Shown: positions 49,558 to 62,830, counted from the stretch's first letter. The stretch is DNA of 64,000 nucleotides from Chiloscyllium plagiosum (GCF_004010195.1 NC_057752.1:9806862-9870861); one strand, 5' to 3'. Made by a program: numbers and translations. The notes: generated by a model not told the origin, from the sequence alone.

Positions 49558-51848
49558 CTGTTGAAGATAACCAAAAAATCATGAATAAAAGTATAGAGCA
49601 GTGTTGTCATTAGGATTTAGGTGTTCATAGAAAATATAATCAACTCCAAAAAAAGTTATTAAATTCACACCACGGTAACAGGTAACTGGATCCATGTTGT
49701 AACTTATATTCCATACAAGCCTACATCCACTCATTGGCATATTCTCTTCCTTTCCCTCTTGTGCTTATTTAAAACAAGTCAATGTTATTTGCCCCAAGCA
49801 TCCTGTGGTAGAAAGTTTCTTCTAAAATCTCTACTGAAGTCATCAATGATGACCTAGTATTTACAGGCTTTGGTCTCTCCATTCCCCATTTTGTCACATC
49901 TACCCTTTAAAGATCTGAAATCAGATCAACCTTTAGTTCTTTTCAAAAAGCTTGCTGGGTTTTTCCTGATATGTATACAGTATCATTAATTCTGGTACTA
50001 GAGTTCACATTTTCTTTTGTGAATATACCCAGTTCCTAATACTCAAGTCAAACATGTGTTTTAATGATTCGACAGTGAAATTTTGCAGCGTTAACCTCTG
50101 TTAGAGATGATCCCCAGTGGTTTTATTTACTTTTTAAAATAGTCTTATTAACCAGTGTTATTGCTATGTATTTGCATCCTGAGTATTCTCCACCACCATT
50201 TAGATCATTACCTAAGCATTTCATGTTCTTTACTTATGCAACCAAAATGCAAGATCTTGAACTACAACTACACTAGTTTGCCAATTACATTTACACCCAT
50301 TCTGCAAGTTTAAGATCTTCATGTACTTTGTCACATTCTTCATTGATATGGACTATACCCCAATTTTGTGTGCTGCATTTGAAACTGCACTTGTTGATTT
50401 TGTCAATATGCCTTCTCTCTTCCACTGTGCTACCCCCAATAATTTCTGACTTGAAGCTGCCATCACTCAAACAATAGGGAAATGTAGAGGATAGCCCATT
50501 CAAATGAAATGAATCTCAATTTTTGCTTTAGGAAAATGCTCCAGGCCTAACCAGTCACTGTGGTGATAGTAATAACTTGATGTGACTAATTGAGGAAATC
50601 TCATTAAATAAAGTGCTGGATTTAGACAAAACAAATCTTAAGTGCATTGGAAACAATTTGTTAAATAAGCCTATTGACAACACAGTCTTCAAGAAAGAGT
50701 TACAAAAATTGAAAAGACAAGATAGAAAACAAACATTCTGAATTCTCATGTCCACATCAAGTGTAAAATAAGCTTTAGATGTGTCACATTATAAGCAAGT
50801 GATCAACCACCTGACCTTAATAATTTTGCATTTTTTGATGGGATATGGATTTCAAAGCAGTTAATTGGACTCCTTTATGGATTAGCATGCAAGGAAGAGA
50901 TGGTGTCAATACCTATTCATTACTTTTAGGCTTTTAACTCACTGTGCTCCTAAGTGACACTCCTACACTTTCAATAGTATTGAGCAGCATCTCAAATATA
51001 AATAAGCTAGATTTAAAAAATACTTTTAGAACAAAGTCACCTCATTGGCATTTACAATATATGGCATTAGTTACTTTGCCAGGAACATTTCTGTTTTGTC
51101 CATGGAATATCATCTTAGCCATGCAGTGAAGTACAAAAGGCCTTTATCACTTCCAGGACAGAGTTGGGCATGGGGTGGGGTGTTGGGAAACCTCTTGAAC
51201 AAGATCCCAGAAGAACAACAACAACTTCAGAACCAGAATTATCACAAGCCAGTATTCTTTGAGAAGAAATTATTAAAAATAGCCGTAACTACATATAATA
51301 ATTCAACCATGCAGTTACAGCTAGCATAAGGGTCAAATTTAAATGGTTTCCAAATTATTTTTTGTAGCAATGCCAATGCTCAGGAAATTGAACTCTTTAA
51401 AAACAAAGATATTGGTTTCAAGAATTACCAGATTAAAAACATGATACGTACAGTAAACTTACTCAAATTTAGCAAAAATAGATCTCCCAAGCCAAACATC
51501 AGATAAAACACTATTACTGCACTGGTACAAGTTTAGTTCCCCATAGGAATCACCAGAGTTCAACAATTCAGGTTAGGCTGTTTTATGCCATGTTTTGCAT
51601 TGACTGAATCAAATGGTCAAATCCATTTCACTTTAGGATCCACATAGCTAGTTGTCACAAGAAACGATAATCCTAGTCTGGAGTCTAGAGGCAAAAAGAC
51701 TGTAAAACCTAAGTTACCACCCACTTTAAATGGAGTGGTTAGAGTAGTTGAGAATACACAAGTGCACAAGAACAAACAAGAAAGTTGTTAGCGGAACTGC
51801 AAGTTTCAGATCACTGTTAGTTTAAGGTGTCATCTATTGTCAGTCTAC

Positions 51849-51947
51849 CTGCAGTTTGAACAGACTTCTCAGGAGAAACGGGGGATGCAGGTGCTTGGAC
51901 TGCACCAGGCACAGCAGGAGCTTCTGAGGCAGGAGCACCGGCCCCAG
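51849..51947 (-). CDS. NACA: Putative NACA cassette exon, 99 nt (AGAGAPASEAPAVPGAVQAPASPVSPEKSVQTA)
   Basis: ctttctag|CT...GCAG|gtagac; symmetric phase 1, stop-free, GC-rich within an AT-rich intron. Confidence 0.75.
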
Positions 51948-52559
51948 CTAGAAAGTTGAGTGATAACATGAGTTACAGACAAACATTAAAAGCAAGCTTA
52001 CAGTCTAGATTAAACCCAGAAAATTTTACACACAATCATTGAGAAATACTGTAGTAAGCCAGAAAAAGAAACAAACCAAGTTAACATTTGCTCACACCAT
52101 TTTTGATCATTCATAACATTTGACTGGGTTTACCAATCCACATTACACCTGTCAAAACAAATTTAACAACACATTGTTCAAAGCCTTTGTACAAAGTTAA
52201 AAAAATAAAAATAATATACTGTCTCTGATCAGATCCTACTTCAAAATAAGAGTGTCAGCAAGGCAAAGCAAAACAAATGGTTTCATTTCACAAACCATTA
52301 AAAAGAGCAACAGAAATATTATACTATTAATTAAAATAAAGGAATTTGATAACATAATGAAGTGTCCAGGAACCAGCTTGGAAAATCTACATCTACATTG
52401 ATTAGCAAACCAAAATGGTTTCAGTCAAGAATTTTACCTCAGATTTACCAGACAAAAAATAGGTTGTTCAGCCCAACTGGGGCAGTGACTTGCTCCACAC
52501 CAGCCTTCACCCTCCCCTTTTCGTTCAACATATCCCTCAAATTACATTCTCTTTTGTAC

Positions 52560-52879
52560 TGTAAGGTTCCCCTTAAATGCATCTATGTTATTTGCCTCAA
52601 CGACTCCTAGAGGTAGCAAGTTCCACATTCTCACAACTGTGTTTTTCCATAAATCCACTAAAGAATTAATGATCATTTCATATTTATGCCTCTAGTTTAG
52701 GATTCCCCAAAAGTTATATATAATCCTAAACTAGAATCCTAAACTAGAGGCATAAATATGAAATGATCATTAATTCTTTAGTGGATTTATGGAAAAACAC
52801 AGTTGTGAGAATGTGGAACTTGCTACCTCTAGGAGTCGTTGAGGCAAACAACATAGATGCATTTAAGGGGAACCTTACA
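52560..52879. repeat. Near-perfect inverted duplication (~145-bp arms) next to (TA)n
   Basis: 52560-52704 vs 52735-52879, one mismatch seen; (TA)n at about 52879-52899; host sequence is an old CR1 fragment. Confidence 0.92.
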
Positions 52880-54779
52880 TATATATATATATATATATAT
52901 CCTATCAAAACTGTTAGAATTTAAACTCCTAACAAAGCCACTCCTTACCTTTCTATGCTAGGGAGAGTCCCAGCGTGTTCAGTCTTGATCTTAAGTCTGT
53001 TAACACCTTAAAATTTTCCTTTTGTGTAGCAGCTCACGAGCACTGAATCAATTAAGTTTGTTATAGTAAACTATTTACAACATTGGTGGCATCTTAGGAA
53101 GAGAATAAGTTAAATTTCTACTCAGTAATATTGGTTTATCTTCTGACTTCTGCAAAAAAAAAAGAATGCTGCATAGATTTCCTACTTGAATTATAAGAGG
53201 TTCAAGCTTTCTTTAAAAAAAAAGATACAAGCCAATCACCAAGACTGGATGAATCTTTGGTCTCAGTAATTTTAAAGAAAGGCATTCACACAGCCAGAAT
53301 TTTTAAAGACCATCCACGATACACAATTTAGTCAAGATGCACTGCAAAACAAAATGCAAGCATTGATTATTTTTTGGGCCCAATACATAATTTGCCTCTA
53401 AGCTTAAAAAGCATAGACAGTGGCACAGGTTACAACTTGGCATTGGTTCAACATGGCAGCTTACCAAAAAGAACCAAAAACAATAAACCTACAAATATCA
53501 AAATTGCTAGAGAATGCTGAAAATCTGAAGTACCACAGAAACATCCCACAAGAACTCAAAGTATTAACGAATGGTTAACCAGACAATTTATGGATGCATT
53601 TAGAGTCAGAAGTGTCTACTTTCTCTTGACAGAAGTCTAAGTGAGAAAGGTTCCTTATTCAGGTCTGGTTTTGCACTTTTATCGAAAGAAACAAGCCAGC
53701 CAAAGCACAGAAGCATGACTGGAGATTAAAACACCCAGAGCAAAATACTTTCTGGATTAGCAGGAGTTAGTAACCTTTAAAAGTAACATTTTTTAATCCC
53801 ACAAATGCAATTATGATAGAAGGCCACTTAGCCCCAAGAGCCAATGAAACAATGGCAGAAATCAGCCATAATTTCTATAAGGCCACTTTTGCCCCATATT
53901 ACTAAATACCTTCGGTTAACAGAAATCTTAAGTTTTAACAGGGGATTTAACATGCTATTTACAGAACAATTCCAAATTTACACCATACTTTGTGAGAAAT
54001 GATTCCTAATTTCAGTTCATAATTCAGTTAGCCAAGGATGTTACTTCAGGAGGTCTCGCACTAGCACTTCACTCGTCATTCAAGCCAACTTCATCGGTCA
54101 ATCTTCACACAAGCTAAGGTGTCACCCTCAGCCAAAGTCACCTCACAAATCTGCTTTAAATATTTCATGTTCAAAGGTTTCTGTTCCCAACTAACAAGAC
54201 ATTTCACCTGCATAGGAACAGCCACCAAGGGTGAAACACAAACTAGTCAGGCAAATAAAAAAATTTAATGACAATCCCCAACTCGAGTAACATGTCTTGC
54301 TTGCTGTGACTTCCTCCAAAACCAACACCTAGCACTTGAGAAAAGCAAAGAGTCACCCCAAGGGATTTACATATAAAATAGAACTGTGCAACTGGACAGT
54401 CAAAATATAAAGTTATGATTCTCAGACCACTAATTTACCTTGATTGTTTAATTTTATTCAATGTCATAAACAATGAACATTGAAAATAAAAACTCAAATC
54501 AGGACAAGATTTGATAATCAATTTGCACTCTGTTCATCATCCCTTCTCTATACCCTTAATTCCAAATGATCCATGAAAGGGAAAATAGATGCAGCCTTTC
54601 AGGATTCAGTCCCCCATTGAAGTAACAAATTCAGCCATGATTCAAGAACAGTTCAAGAAATACGTTGAAAGAAATGTTCATGTACCTACAGCAGTGTGGG
54701 GCAATTTCAAACACAGCTTTCTGTGGCCCTTTCTGCTCTCCTGAAGGGGCACACTTACTGGTTACATAGCAGCTCTAGA

Positions 54780-55570
54780 CATTCAGAATTCCAGCTCAGG
54801 TCTGCACTGAGGGAATGCTCCAGTGAAGCTACCGTTCAAATTTAACTCAAACATTAAGACCCAATAGGTGCTCGAGAGATGCAGGTGAATAATTTCACAG
54901 AACAATGCCAAAGGACCATCAGGCACCAAAATAATATAACCAGTTATAGTGATGATCATTTCAACTTCACTATAGATAAATGCTTAACGCAAAGTGACTG
55001 CTGGATTTGTAATATTTTCCTTTCAAAAAAAAACATTGCAGGATCATAAGGTAGCATTATTGCAAACTTTTCATTGTTGTCATCTTGTCTGCTTTGCACA
55101 AGTCGATTGTCATATTTGCCTGCTCAGTGATATTTGTACGCAATGTGCTTTACAGCAGCTCATGATATAAGGCACCACACACACTTTAAGCCTTGCATGT
55201 GTAATTTTGCGCAATGTAGCTGCTGCATTTGCCTACATAAGCAGTACTTCAAAAGCATTCTTACAAATTGCCCTCAAGATATGCTAAAGTGCTATATGGC
55301 GGGATGTTCACACAAGCTCAGTGAAGTGCATTTTATTTCGCGCAAATTGGCCCTGCATTTGCCCAAATGTGGATCACAGCACTTCAAATGTAGTTTTCAG
55401 CATGTATGGGACTCCAGGCCACCATGATAGGGAAATTCAGTAATAATGTGAGTCCATTGTTTATTTTGCGCAAACTGGCTGCTGCATTTTCTATATTGAC
55501 AGGGCTACTTCACAGCATTGTGTATATAATGCTTTAGGTGTGTCCTTGCTGTTATAAATGCGTGGTCATT
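54780..55570 (+). repeat. Decayed DeuSINE followed by tandem copies of its 3' core
   Basis: gcgcaaa.tggctgctgcattt-like core at about 54987, 55096, 55209, 55340 and 55468. Confidence 0.6.
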
Positions 55571-55890
55571 TAACTTCTGCTCTCACCTGCTGAGTTTAAA
55601 TCAGTGATATGTTTGGTGTAATAAAAACAAAGTCATCAGTAGCAGGCACCATAAATTTTACACTTAGAGGAAACTTGTGGCTTTTATACATGTTAGTTTA
55701 CAATTTCCATCACATCCTTTTATTGTAGTACCTTCTACATTACTCTGTAAAAGCAGGTGTATTCAAATGCAGAGTTATTTTCAAGGGATCATGGAAAATA
55801 ATTATCGTGGTTAGAAACTAAACAAAAAACCTGGCTATTAATGGCAGTTATGTTGACAAAGCTACCACCTTACTACTATCGACAACGCAC

Positions 55891-56067
55891 CTGAAAGCTC
55901 CTGAACAGCTTGAGGCAGTGTATTCTCAGTGATGGCCCCAGTTTGGGAAGCTTCACGTGCCAGTCCAGAAATGGCAGATTCTGTTGAGTCAGTACCTGCA
56001 GCCAATTCGCTTGAAGCAGTGCTTTCTCCCCCAGAGGCAGAAATGCTGACATCACTGTATTCTTCTG
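55891..56067 (-). CDS. NACA: Putative NACA cassette exon, 177 nt (AEEYSDVSISASGGESTASSELAAGTDSTESAISGLAREASQTGAITENTLPQAVQELS)
   Basis: cctttacag|CA...TCAG|gtgcgt; symmetric phase 1, stop-free, S/T/E/A-rich like the giant exon. Confidence 0.72.
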
Positions 56068-56404
56068 CTGTAAAGGATTTGGGACAGTACTACAAATGGA
56101 CAATATAATACTGACATTGCCCAAGTTCGCAAATTACCCTTGGGTTCGAACGCCCTCTTTCCTCTTCACCCCACTACTCCCAAAAGAAAAGTAGCCTTCA
56201 CACCAGGTGACCACATGCACTAATAATGTGCTCCTGTTAACATAGTGAGGACAGTAAAGTGACCAGCATCCCATTAGGTGCTTAGTAAATATTTACTAGT
56301 CAGTTGCGCTTAAGCTGTGAAAAAACCAAGGGGAAACTCAAGTACCATATAGCCTTGTATCAAGATCAGAAGTGCATATAATATCAAAAGATGTTTACAC
56401 TTAC

Positions 56405-56870
56405 ATGGAGTTATACACCACAGAAACAGACCCTTCGGCCCAACCAGTCCACGCCAAACATAATCCCAAACTAAACTAGTCCAACCTGCCTGCTCCTGGC
56501 CAATATGCCTCTAAATCTTTCCTATTCGTATACTTATCTAAATGTTTTTCAATGTTGTAACTGTGCCCATATACACCACTTCCTCAGCAAGTTCATTCCA
56601 TACATGAACCACCCTTTGGAAAAGAAAAATTGTTCCTTACATTTTTTTTAAAATCTCTCTCCTCTCACCTTAAAAATATACCCCTTTAGTTAGGCAAAAG
56701 ACACCTATCATGAACCCTACCTGTACCCCTCATGACTTTATAAACCTCCATAAAAGGTCACCTCTCATTCACCTATGCCCCAGTGAAAAGTCCCAGCCTT
56801 TCTTTATAACTCAAGCCTTCCATGCCTGGCAAGATGCTGGTAAATCTCTTCTAAACCCTCTCTAACTTGT
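56405..56870 (-). mobile_element. CR1 LINE 3' fragment
   Basis: Inverted CR1 tail (gaaacagacccttcggccc) plus ORF2 end (ataaacctc..aaggtcacctctc). Confidence 0.8.
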
Positions 56871-58527
56871 ATTTTTCTGGCTGTGGAATATCGTCAATTT
56901 AAACTTTAGTGTGCTACAAAGCTCCTAACATGCGCTAGCCCAAAATCCTTAATCGACGTAGTATTCAATCATTTCACAACAAACAACAACTTGACAACTT
57001 TGGCAGGCAGCTCATGGTTGCACAACAGTGACACTGAGCTTTAGAAACATATCCTCCTATAACCTGACACTAAATCAAACTGTCACTTACAAACAAGCAA
57101 CTGATTTAAAATTATCTATATTGAAAATCCAAATTTTCATTGTACTGAACCTTTCTTTTAAGAGCAAAGCCTGCAACACTATCAGATTGTTCTAAAATCA
57201 AGGACAAGTGGTCATCCTAATGATTTAACATCCACCGTTTATTTCAGTGCAAAGCACTTTCAAAGCTACATCAAGACTGTGCCTACTGTACATTATAACC
57301 TCTTTAATGTATGCTTCATACACTGTGCTCAAGCCTAAACAGAATGCAATGGCTGCTATTTTGTAACAATCGTGTGGAGAATCGCATCTTTGTGCTTAAA
57401 ATGTTTGTGCAAACACTTAATGCTGCGGAGCAAAATGCATAAAACTGCATGAGCCTCAATTTCAAGTGTTTTTATATTGCAACCACCACCCTGAAGTGGC
57501 AGTACACCTTGGAAATCTGAAGAATTTACAAAGCCAACACATGTATAAAAGCAAAATACTGTGAATACTGGAAATCTGAAATAAACTGAAAATGCTGAAG
57601 AAAATGAAACGCAAGCCTGTTTCCACAACACAGGTACCTCTTTCTGCAAGGAAAGAACTAACTTTGTAAGGGGGGAAAAAAAAAGACCATGTGCATAACC
57701 AAAACTTAAGCCACGATGAGTGTTCCTTCAGAAGTTCAACTTGAAAACGTTTGTGAAGATGACCAGTTTAGGCTAAGGATACCAACTTAATAACTATAAA
57801 GATACACCCAGAAACAATTGGCACCATCTACATTTTCTCCTTGCCTATTCAATTTTCCACAAAAGTAGAAGTCATAAATCAGCAAAGAATTGACAGATTG
57901 CCACTGACATTCAATTCAAAGTAGCACTGCAGTACAAAATGGTTGCGACACTCACCTTTCCCTCAGCAAGTGGCCTAATAGGCCACAAGTTTCAATGTAC
58001 CCTGGCAAAAGCCACTTATTTAAAAAGCCGTAGATGCAGACATCTTGAAATCTTCCAATCATCAGCACCATTTGACCTTGATGGTTGGATGCCCAGAGAA
58101 ACCTTCCCTTATCAATCTTTGTGCTTTCCAAAGTTATGTTAAGAAGCTCTACATTGAGGTATAATACCAATCTTACTGTACACTGACAGACATTTTGTGC
58201 AAGCATGCAGAAATAGAAGGTGGAGGAGAATACAAACAGCACCTGGAAATGGACCATTAATGAAAAACAAAAAAAAAGTGCGAACCATGAAACCTTAACC
58301 GTGGAGTTGGAGGGCAATTCGCTGGGTACTTGAAGCCACAGGTCAATAGAACAGTTACACAAGTATTAGTATGACTAAAAGATGACCTACAATTAATATC
58401 CCAAGCCTTGGTCATTACTTAATGCAATCCCAATGAATAAACCAAAAATAAACTGGCCCAGCAGTGTAAACAAAACCCACAAAACCACTAATAAAAATCC
58501 CTTGTGCAAATTAGCATGTATACAAAC

Positions 58528-58597
58528 CTGTTTCAGCTTGAGGCTGCTGCATTTCTTGCTCCGTGGCAGGAACGGTTTCTGTGGCTTCACCAGGCAT
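58528..58597 (-). CDS. NACA: NACA first coding exon ([24 protein letters not shown])
   Basis: ag|GA ATG at 58597; 70 coding nt; CAG|gtttgt donor, phase 1. Confidence 0.97.
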
Positions 58598-60414
58598 TCC
58601 TAGAAAAAATACATACAGTTAGCAGAAATTCATTAATCATAATTAAGCACACCCATGAACAGAATTAAGTAGCAATGTTGCCAGAATTGTCTGGTTGAAC
58701 GGAAGATGACAACCTTTCAAACAATTTTCTTACAGCAAGTTTGTTCAAAAGTTCAACTTTCATACAGAAGCTGTATTGTTCAAAATGTGCAGCTATTTAC
58801 TGTAAAATCAGATTCACCAGACCCATTTCACTGACAGTCAGTGCTCAAAGACATTGTGGCATATTATAGTAAAATTCAAAAATGTATCATGCTCAGCCAA
58901 GCCGAACTTAAAACTGTGGATGAATCATACCAGGCCAGGCCCAACTTTGGTATTTCAGCCCTTTGTTTAGATTTTGGCTAAGAAATTATAATCACATCAA
59001 GAGACAAGACATAGAACTGGCAAACCCAGGAGGCCCAGGTTCAAGTCCCACCTGCTCTAGAGGTGCGTGCATAACATCTCTGAACAGATTAGAACATCTC
59101 TGTAACTTGTGATTTTGTGAAGGCTAAATGAGTAAGGAACATGCTAAAGATGCTGGAAGCATAAACTAAGCATACAGATTATTGGAAAACACTCAGTTGG
59201 TCAGTCAGCAGCTGTGGAATTAGAAACAGTCAACATTCCAGATCTGCTGAATGTTTTCCAGCATTTTCTGTTTTAATACCACAGCACAATGCTGTCTGCT
59301 TCAATCAGCTCAGATCACTTAGCACCAAACGCACAAAGGAAAATCAATGTGTGAAGGAAGTGACAATGTACAGAATACAATGATCAAGAACAGCAATTGT
59401 ATATTTTACTGTTTTTGAAGTTGCAGGAACATTCAGCAGGCATTATTGGATGAGTGAAGTTCAAACATTTGATAAAACTTCAATTAGACAACTAAGGAAC
59501 AAAGTTCTCACATTATCAATGCACCATTCACACATGGAAACATACATAATTCAGCTAAAGACAACTTGTCCCACTAGCAAAACGGAAATTTTAAACATTT
59601 AATGACTTTGGCTCTTTAACCGAGTTCAACTGCTATATACCATATCTTAAGCGTTTGATCACATAGGTTTGAATATTTTCTTAAAGCAGAGTTTTAAGAT
59701 GATAGCATGTAGTGATTTATTAATGCTTAGTGCAATCATAGCATTGGGGAAGGCATTCTTGGCATTTGAGAGAATAGTTTGCAGAAGTTACATAAAAAAA
59801 GAAACCCATAAGTAATATGTACCTTGGAAGGCAATCGTCAGTCACAAATAACCTGGGAAAGTCACACTGAACATCAAGTATAAACGTGAGTTTTTTTTTA
59901 ATATGAACACAAACCATTACAAAAAAACACATTTCAAAGAACGGGACAAAATATAGCAACCAACAAAAAAAAACTTTAAAGATGACTTGCAGTTATATAA
60001 ACGGCTTCCTGCAAACTGGAAACCCCACACAACCTAAAGGTACGGTCGAAACAACTTTCCGTGGCCTACCTGAACATAACTTAAAAAAATTACAATTAAA
60101 CGAAAACGGATAGCTAGCGAAACTGGCTACACGGCCACACAAAGCACATTCGGGCTATGCTCGCGACTGCTGGGGCTCTTTTCCACCCTCTCCCCTCCAA
60201 TAATCAACCGGTGGGACACCACGAGATTGTTGCTGCCACCCGCTCCCTCAGAGCTCCGCACATTTTTGTTCAACATTACGTTAATACAACTTGTACTGAT
60301 CAATTTTCACGACATCTTAAGTATAAAGTGCTCCTTTCCCTCATCAGGGCAATTTTGCACTCATCACCAATAGTTTAACGATCGGATGGAAGTGGATTTT
60401 GTACAGACACTTAC

Positions 60415-60453
60415 TGCTTCAGTTCGTCAAATCCAAGATGGCTGGAGAAAGAG
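60415..60453 (-). other. NACA: NACA non-coding exon 1 with 5' TOP-like start
   Basis: Minus strand ctctttctcc-agccatcttgg...GCA|gtaagt; pyrimidine start and YY1-like CCATCTT; TSS approximate. Confidence 0.8.
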
Positions 60454-60600
60454 ACTGAACTTCTTTCACTTAGATATTAAAAAGATTGCACTTGTGTTTC
60501 CGGGTCATTTGCTCACCCAGGAGTCCCGCCACTACTGTTTGCTGATTGGGCAAGAATGTCTATTTCCGGTTGATTCGTTGTTGTTTCCCCTGGAATGTGA
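60454..60600 (-). promoter_or_regulatory. NACA: NACA promoter
   Basis: ETS-like ttccgg (about 60498 and 60564), GC box cccgcc (about 60525), CCAAT attgg (about 60545); CpG-enriched about 60000-60600. Confidence 0.75.
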
Positions 60601-61699
60601 GGTTTTTAGATTTCTGCAATGTTTATATACCTGTATGACGGATCGATTTGTATAGAGGTGGTATTCTGGATCACTGAAGAGCACAGCAGTTCAGTGTCTG
60701 CTTGCTGTGTCAAAAGTTCGCACTTGCATCTGTTTTGGGTTCGAATCCCGGTGGTGTTATACACTTCTGGATGAGGTGGGACTTGAACCTGGCCTAAAGG
60801 TAGCGACATTTTCGCTACCACAAAAGCCCTTTTGCTTGTCTTTTTGTATTTTTTTGAAAATACATTACTTAGATGTGCAGCTGAGGATTCCTATATCACA
60901 TCAGAATGGGAACTTCTATTAGACAGTCACAGATACGGGAAAGTTCCCAGTTCAAATAATTGTAACATTGAAGGCAGGATTGATGTTAGAATAGCTTTTT
61001 GTAAGGAAAGAAAATAAACAGTCTGCTGCCCTGGCTAAGTTCAGGTAGTTTGGCAAATACTGAACATAAAAACTTTTAATCTTCTTCACGATGGCTCGGT
61101 ACCATTTTGCACAACAACTTTAGCCTCTGAACGACCATACAAGTCAGTTCAAATGTTTAGTATTAAGCTCTTCAGGCTATAAAATCAGAGATTTAAATGC
61201 TGAATTCCTTCTTATTCTGGACTGTTCTTACTCCAGATAACTTTTTTATAGCAGTTGTTAACAGAAATTTGGCTACACTTTATAAGTATATTTGAACTTA
61301 TGATTATGGCTATATTTGCTACAGGCCTACACAGCTACTATTGTGCACATGAATGTGGCATTTTCCATCAAATTGCAGCAAGAACCAGCAATGACAGATT
61401 TGTATAAATTCCCAGTCAGCACTATAGATGGGCAAACACAATGTGTGAAAATCTGCATTGTCATCATTAGGAATCAAATGTATCAAAGGGTTATTGTAGT
61501 CAGGAATGTTTGGATCCCAAGATCAGTTTTCTTAATTGCAATATGTAAAAGGAAGAGGATGAGATTGAAGTTTAGTGCTTGGGATACATTGGCTAATGGT
61601 AGCATTTTGCTGTTGGGCTGGGGGTGGGGAGTGATTAGAAATGGCATCAACTTAAGCTTCGTGTGACATTGTTTTTCTTCTAGCACATCCAGGTTGAAC

Positions 61700-62830
61700 C
61701 AATGCCAAGTAATACTGCAGATGTTGGAGATCTGAAATAAACACAGAAAATGCTGGACAAGTTAGCAGGTCTGGCAGCATCCGTTCAGGCAGATACAAAT
61801 TTAGTGTTTCAAGTTTGATATGAGTCTTCTTTGGAACTGAAGAAGCCAATTAAACGATTTTTTTAATGCTGTTGATAGAGGGGTGAAGGAGCAAGTGGAT
61901 CAGATGGTAAATGTCCAAAGCAAAAGGTAAAGGGAGTGCTGCTGGTAGTTGAGGAGGATATAGATGCTAAATAGTTATTAATTGTAGGTGTGAATAGTAG
62001 AACATAAGTTGTTTTTGCTAAGAGTAATTGCATGCAAACAGGATATGGGATGGGGTGCAATCAAGATGGAAGATGGTGTTCATACTCTGAACTTGTTGCA
62101 GTCAATGTCCTGAAGGCTGTAAAGTGCCTAAGCAGAAAAGTAAGTGCTGTTTCTGCAGCTTGTGTTGGACTTTGCTTGAGCACTACAGCAGCCCTAGGAC
62201 AACAATGTTAGCTTAAGAGTAAGATGATTTATTGAAATAATAAGCAATTGGAAGATTGGGGTCATTGTTATGTAAAAGCAGAGGTGTTCTGCAAAGCGGT
62301 CACCAAGATTGCATTTGGACTTGCCAATGTCGAGCAGACTGTAGCGAATACAGTAGACTCAACTGAAACAAGTAGGAGTAAACTGCTGCTTCACCTGGAA
62401 GAAGTGTTTGGGGCATTGGACGGTGATGAGCAAGGAGGAAAAAAGGCAAGTGTTGTGATTACGTGGAAGGTACCATGAGTTGGGGAATAGTGACAGAGGA
62501 GTGGACTAACGGGTCAAGCAGGCAATGGTGTCTCTGGATTGCTTACTGCAGAAGGGAAGGGAAGATATGTTTGATGGTGGTGGAAAATGTTGGTAGGATG
62601 GTAAGTGAGGACCCTATCATTTCCTATGGGATGAGGGGAAGGAGAGAGGGCAGAAGTGCAGGAAATGAGTTGGAACAGCTGAGGGCCCTGTCAGCCACAT
62701 TGCTGGTGGTGGTTGGGGGAATGGATGTCCTCGGTTGAGAAAAAGGAAGATGCCAGAAGCGCCTCTGAGGAGTGTCACAGCATTGGGAACATATATGACA
62801 GGTGGAAAAACTAAGAGAAATGGAGTCCTT
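61700..62830 (-). mobile_element. Decayed Neptune-type Penelope-like element
   Basis: 3' end aatactgcagatgttggagatctgaaat..; same architecture as 27810-29000. Confidence 0.65.

Noticed and set aside
44288..49582. 1764-aa ORF as a standalone single-exon gene
   Set aside because: Its ATG lies in the polypyrimidine tract and its stop just past a donor; splice phases fit NACA exactly.
54695..54750. Possible ~55-nt exon (cag...AG|gtacat)
   Set aside because: Weak splice sites, not frame-preserving, no supporting composition.
57638..57690. 6-nt microexon AAAGAG after a strong pyrimidine tract
   Set aside because: Donor gtacct is weak; cannot be told from chance without RNA data.
57963..58065. 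C/D snoRNA candidate (UGAUGA ... CUGA on minus)
   Set aside because: C box lacks the leading purine; no terminal stem or internal C'/D' boxes seen.
61070..61560. 3' end of an upstream gene (PRIM1 expected from human synteny)
   Set aside because: Only a possible ATTAAA and pyrimidine tract; no recognisable PRIM1 coding sequence.
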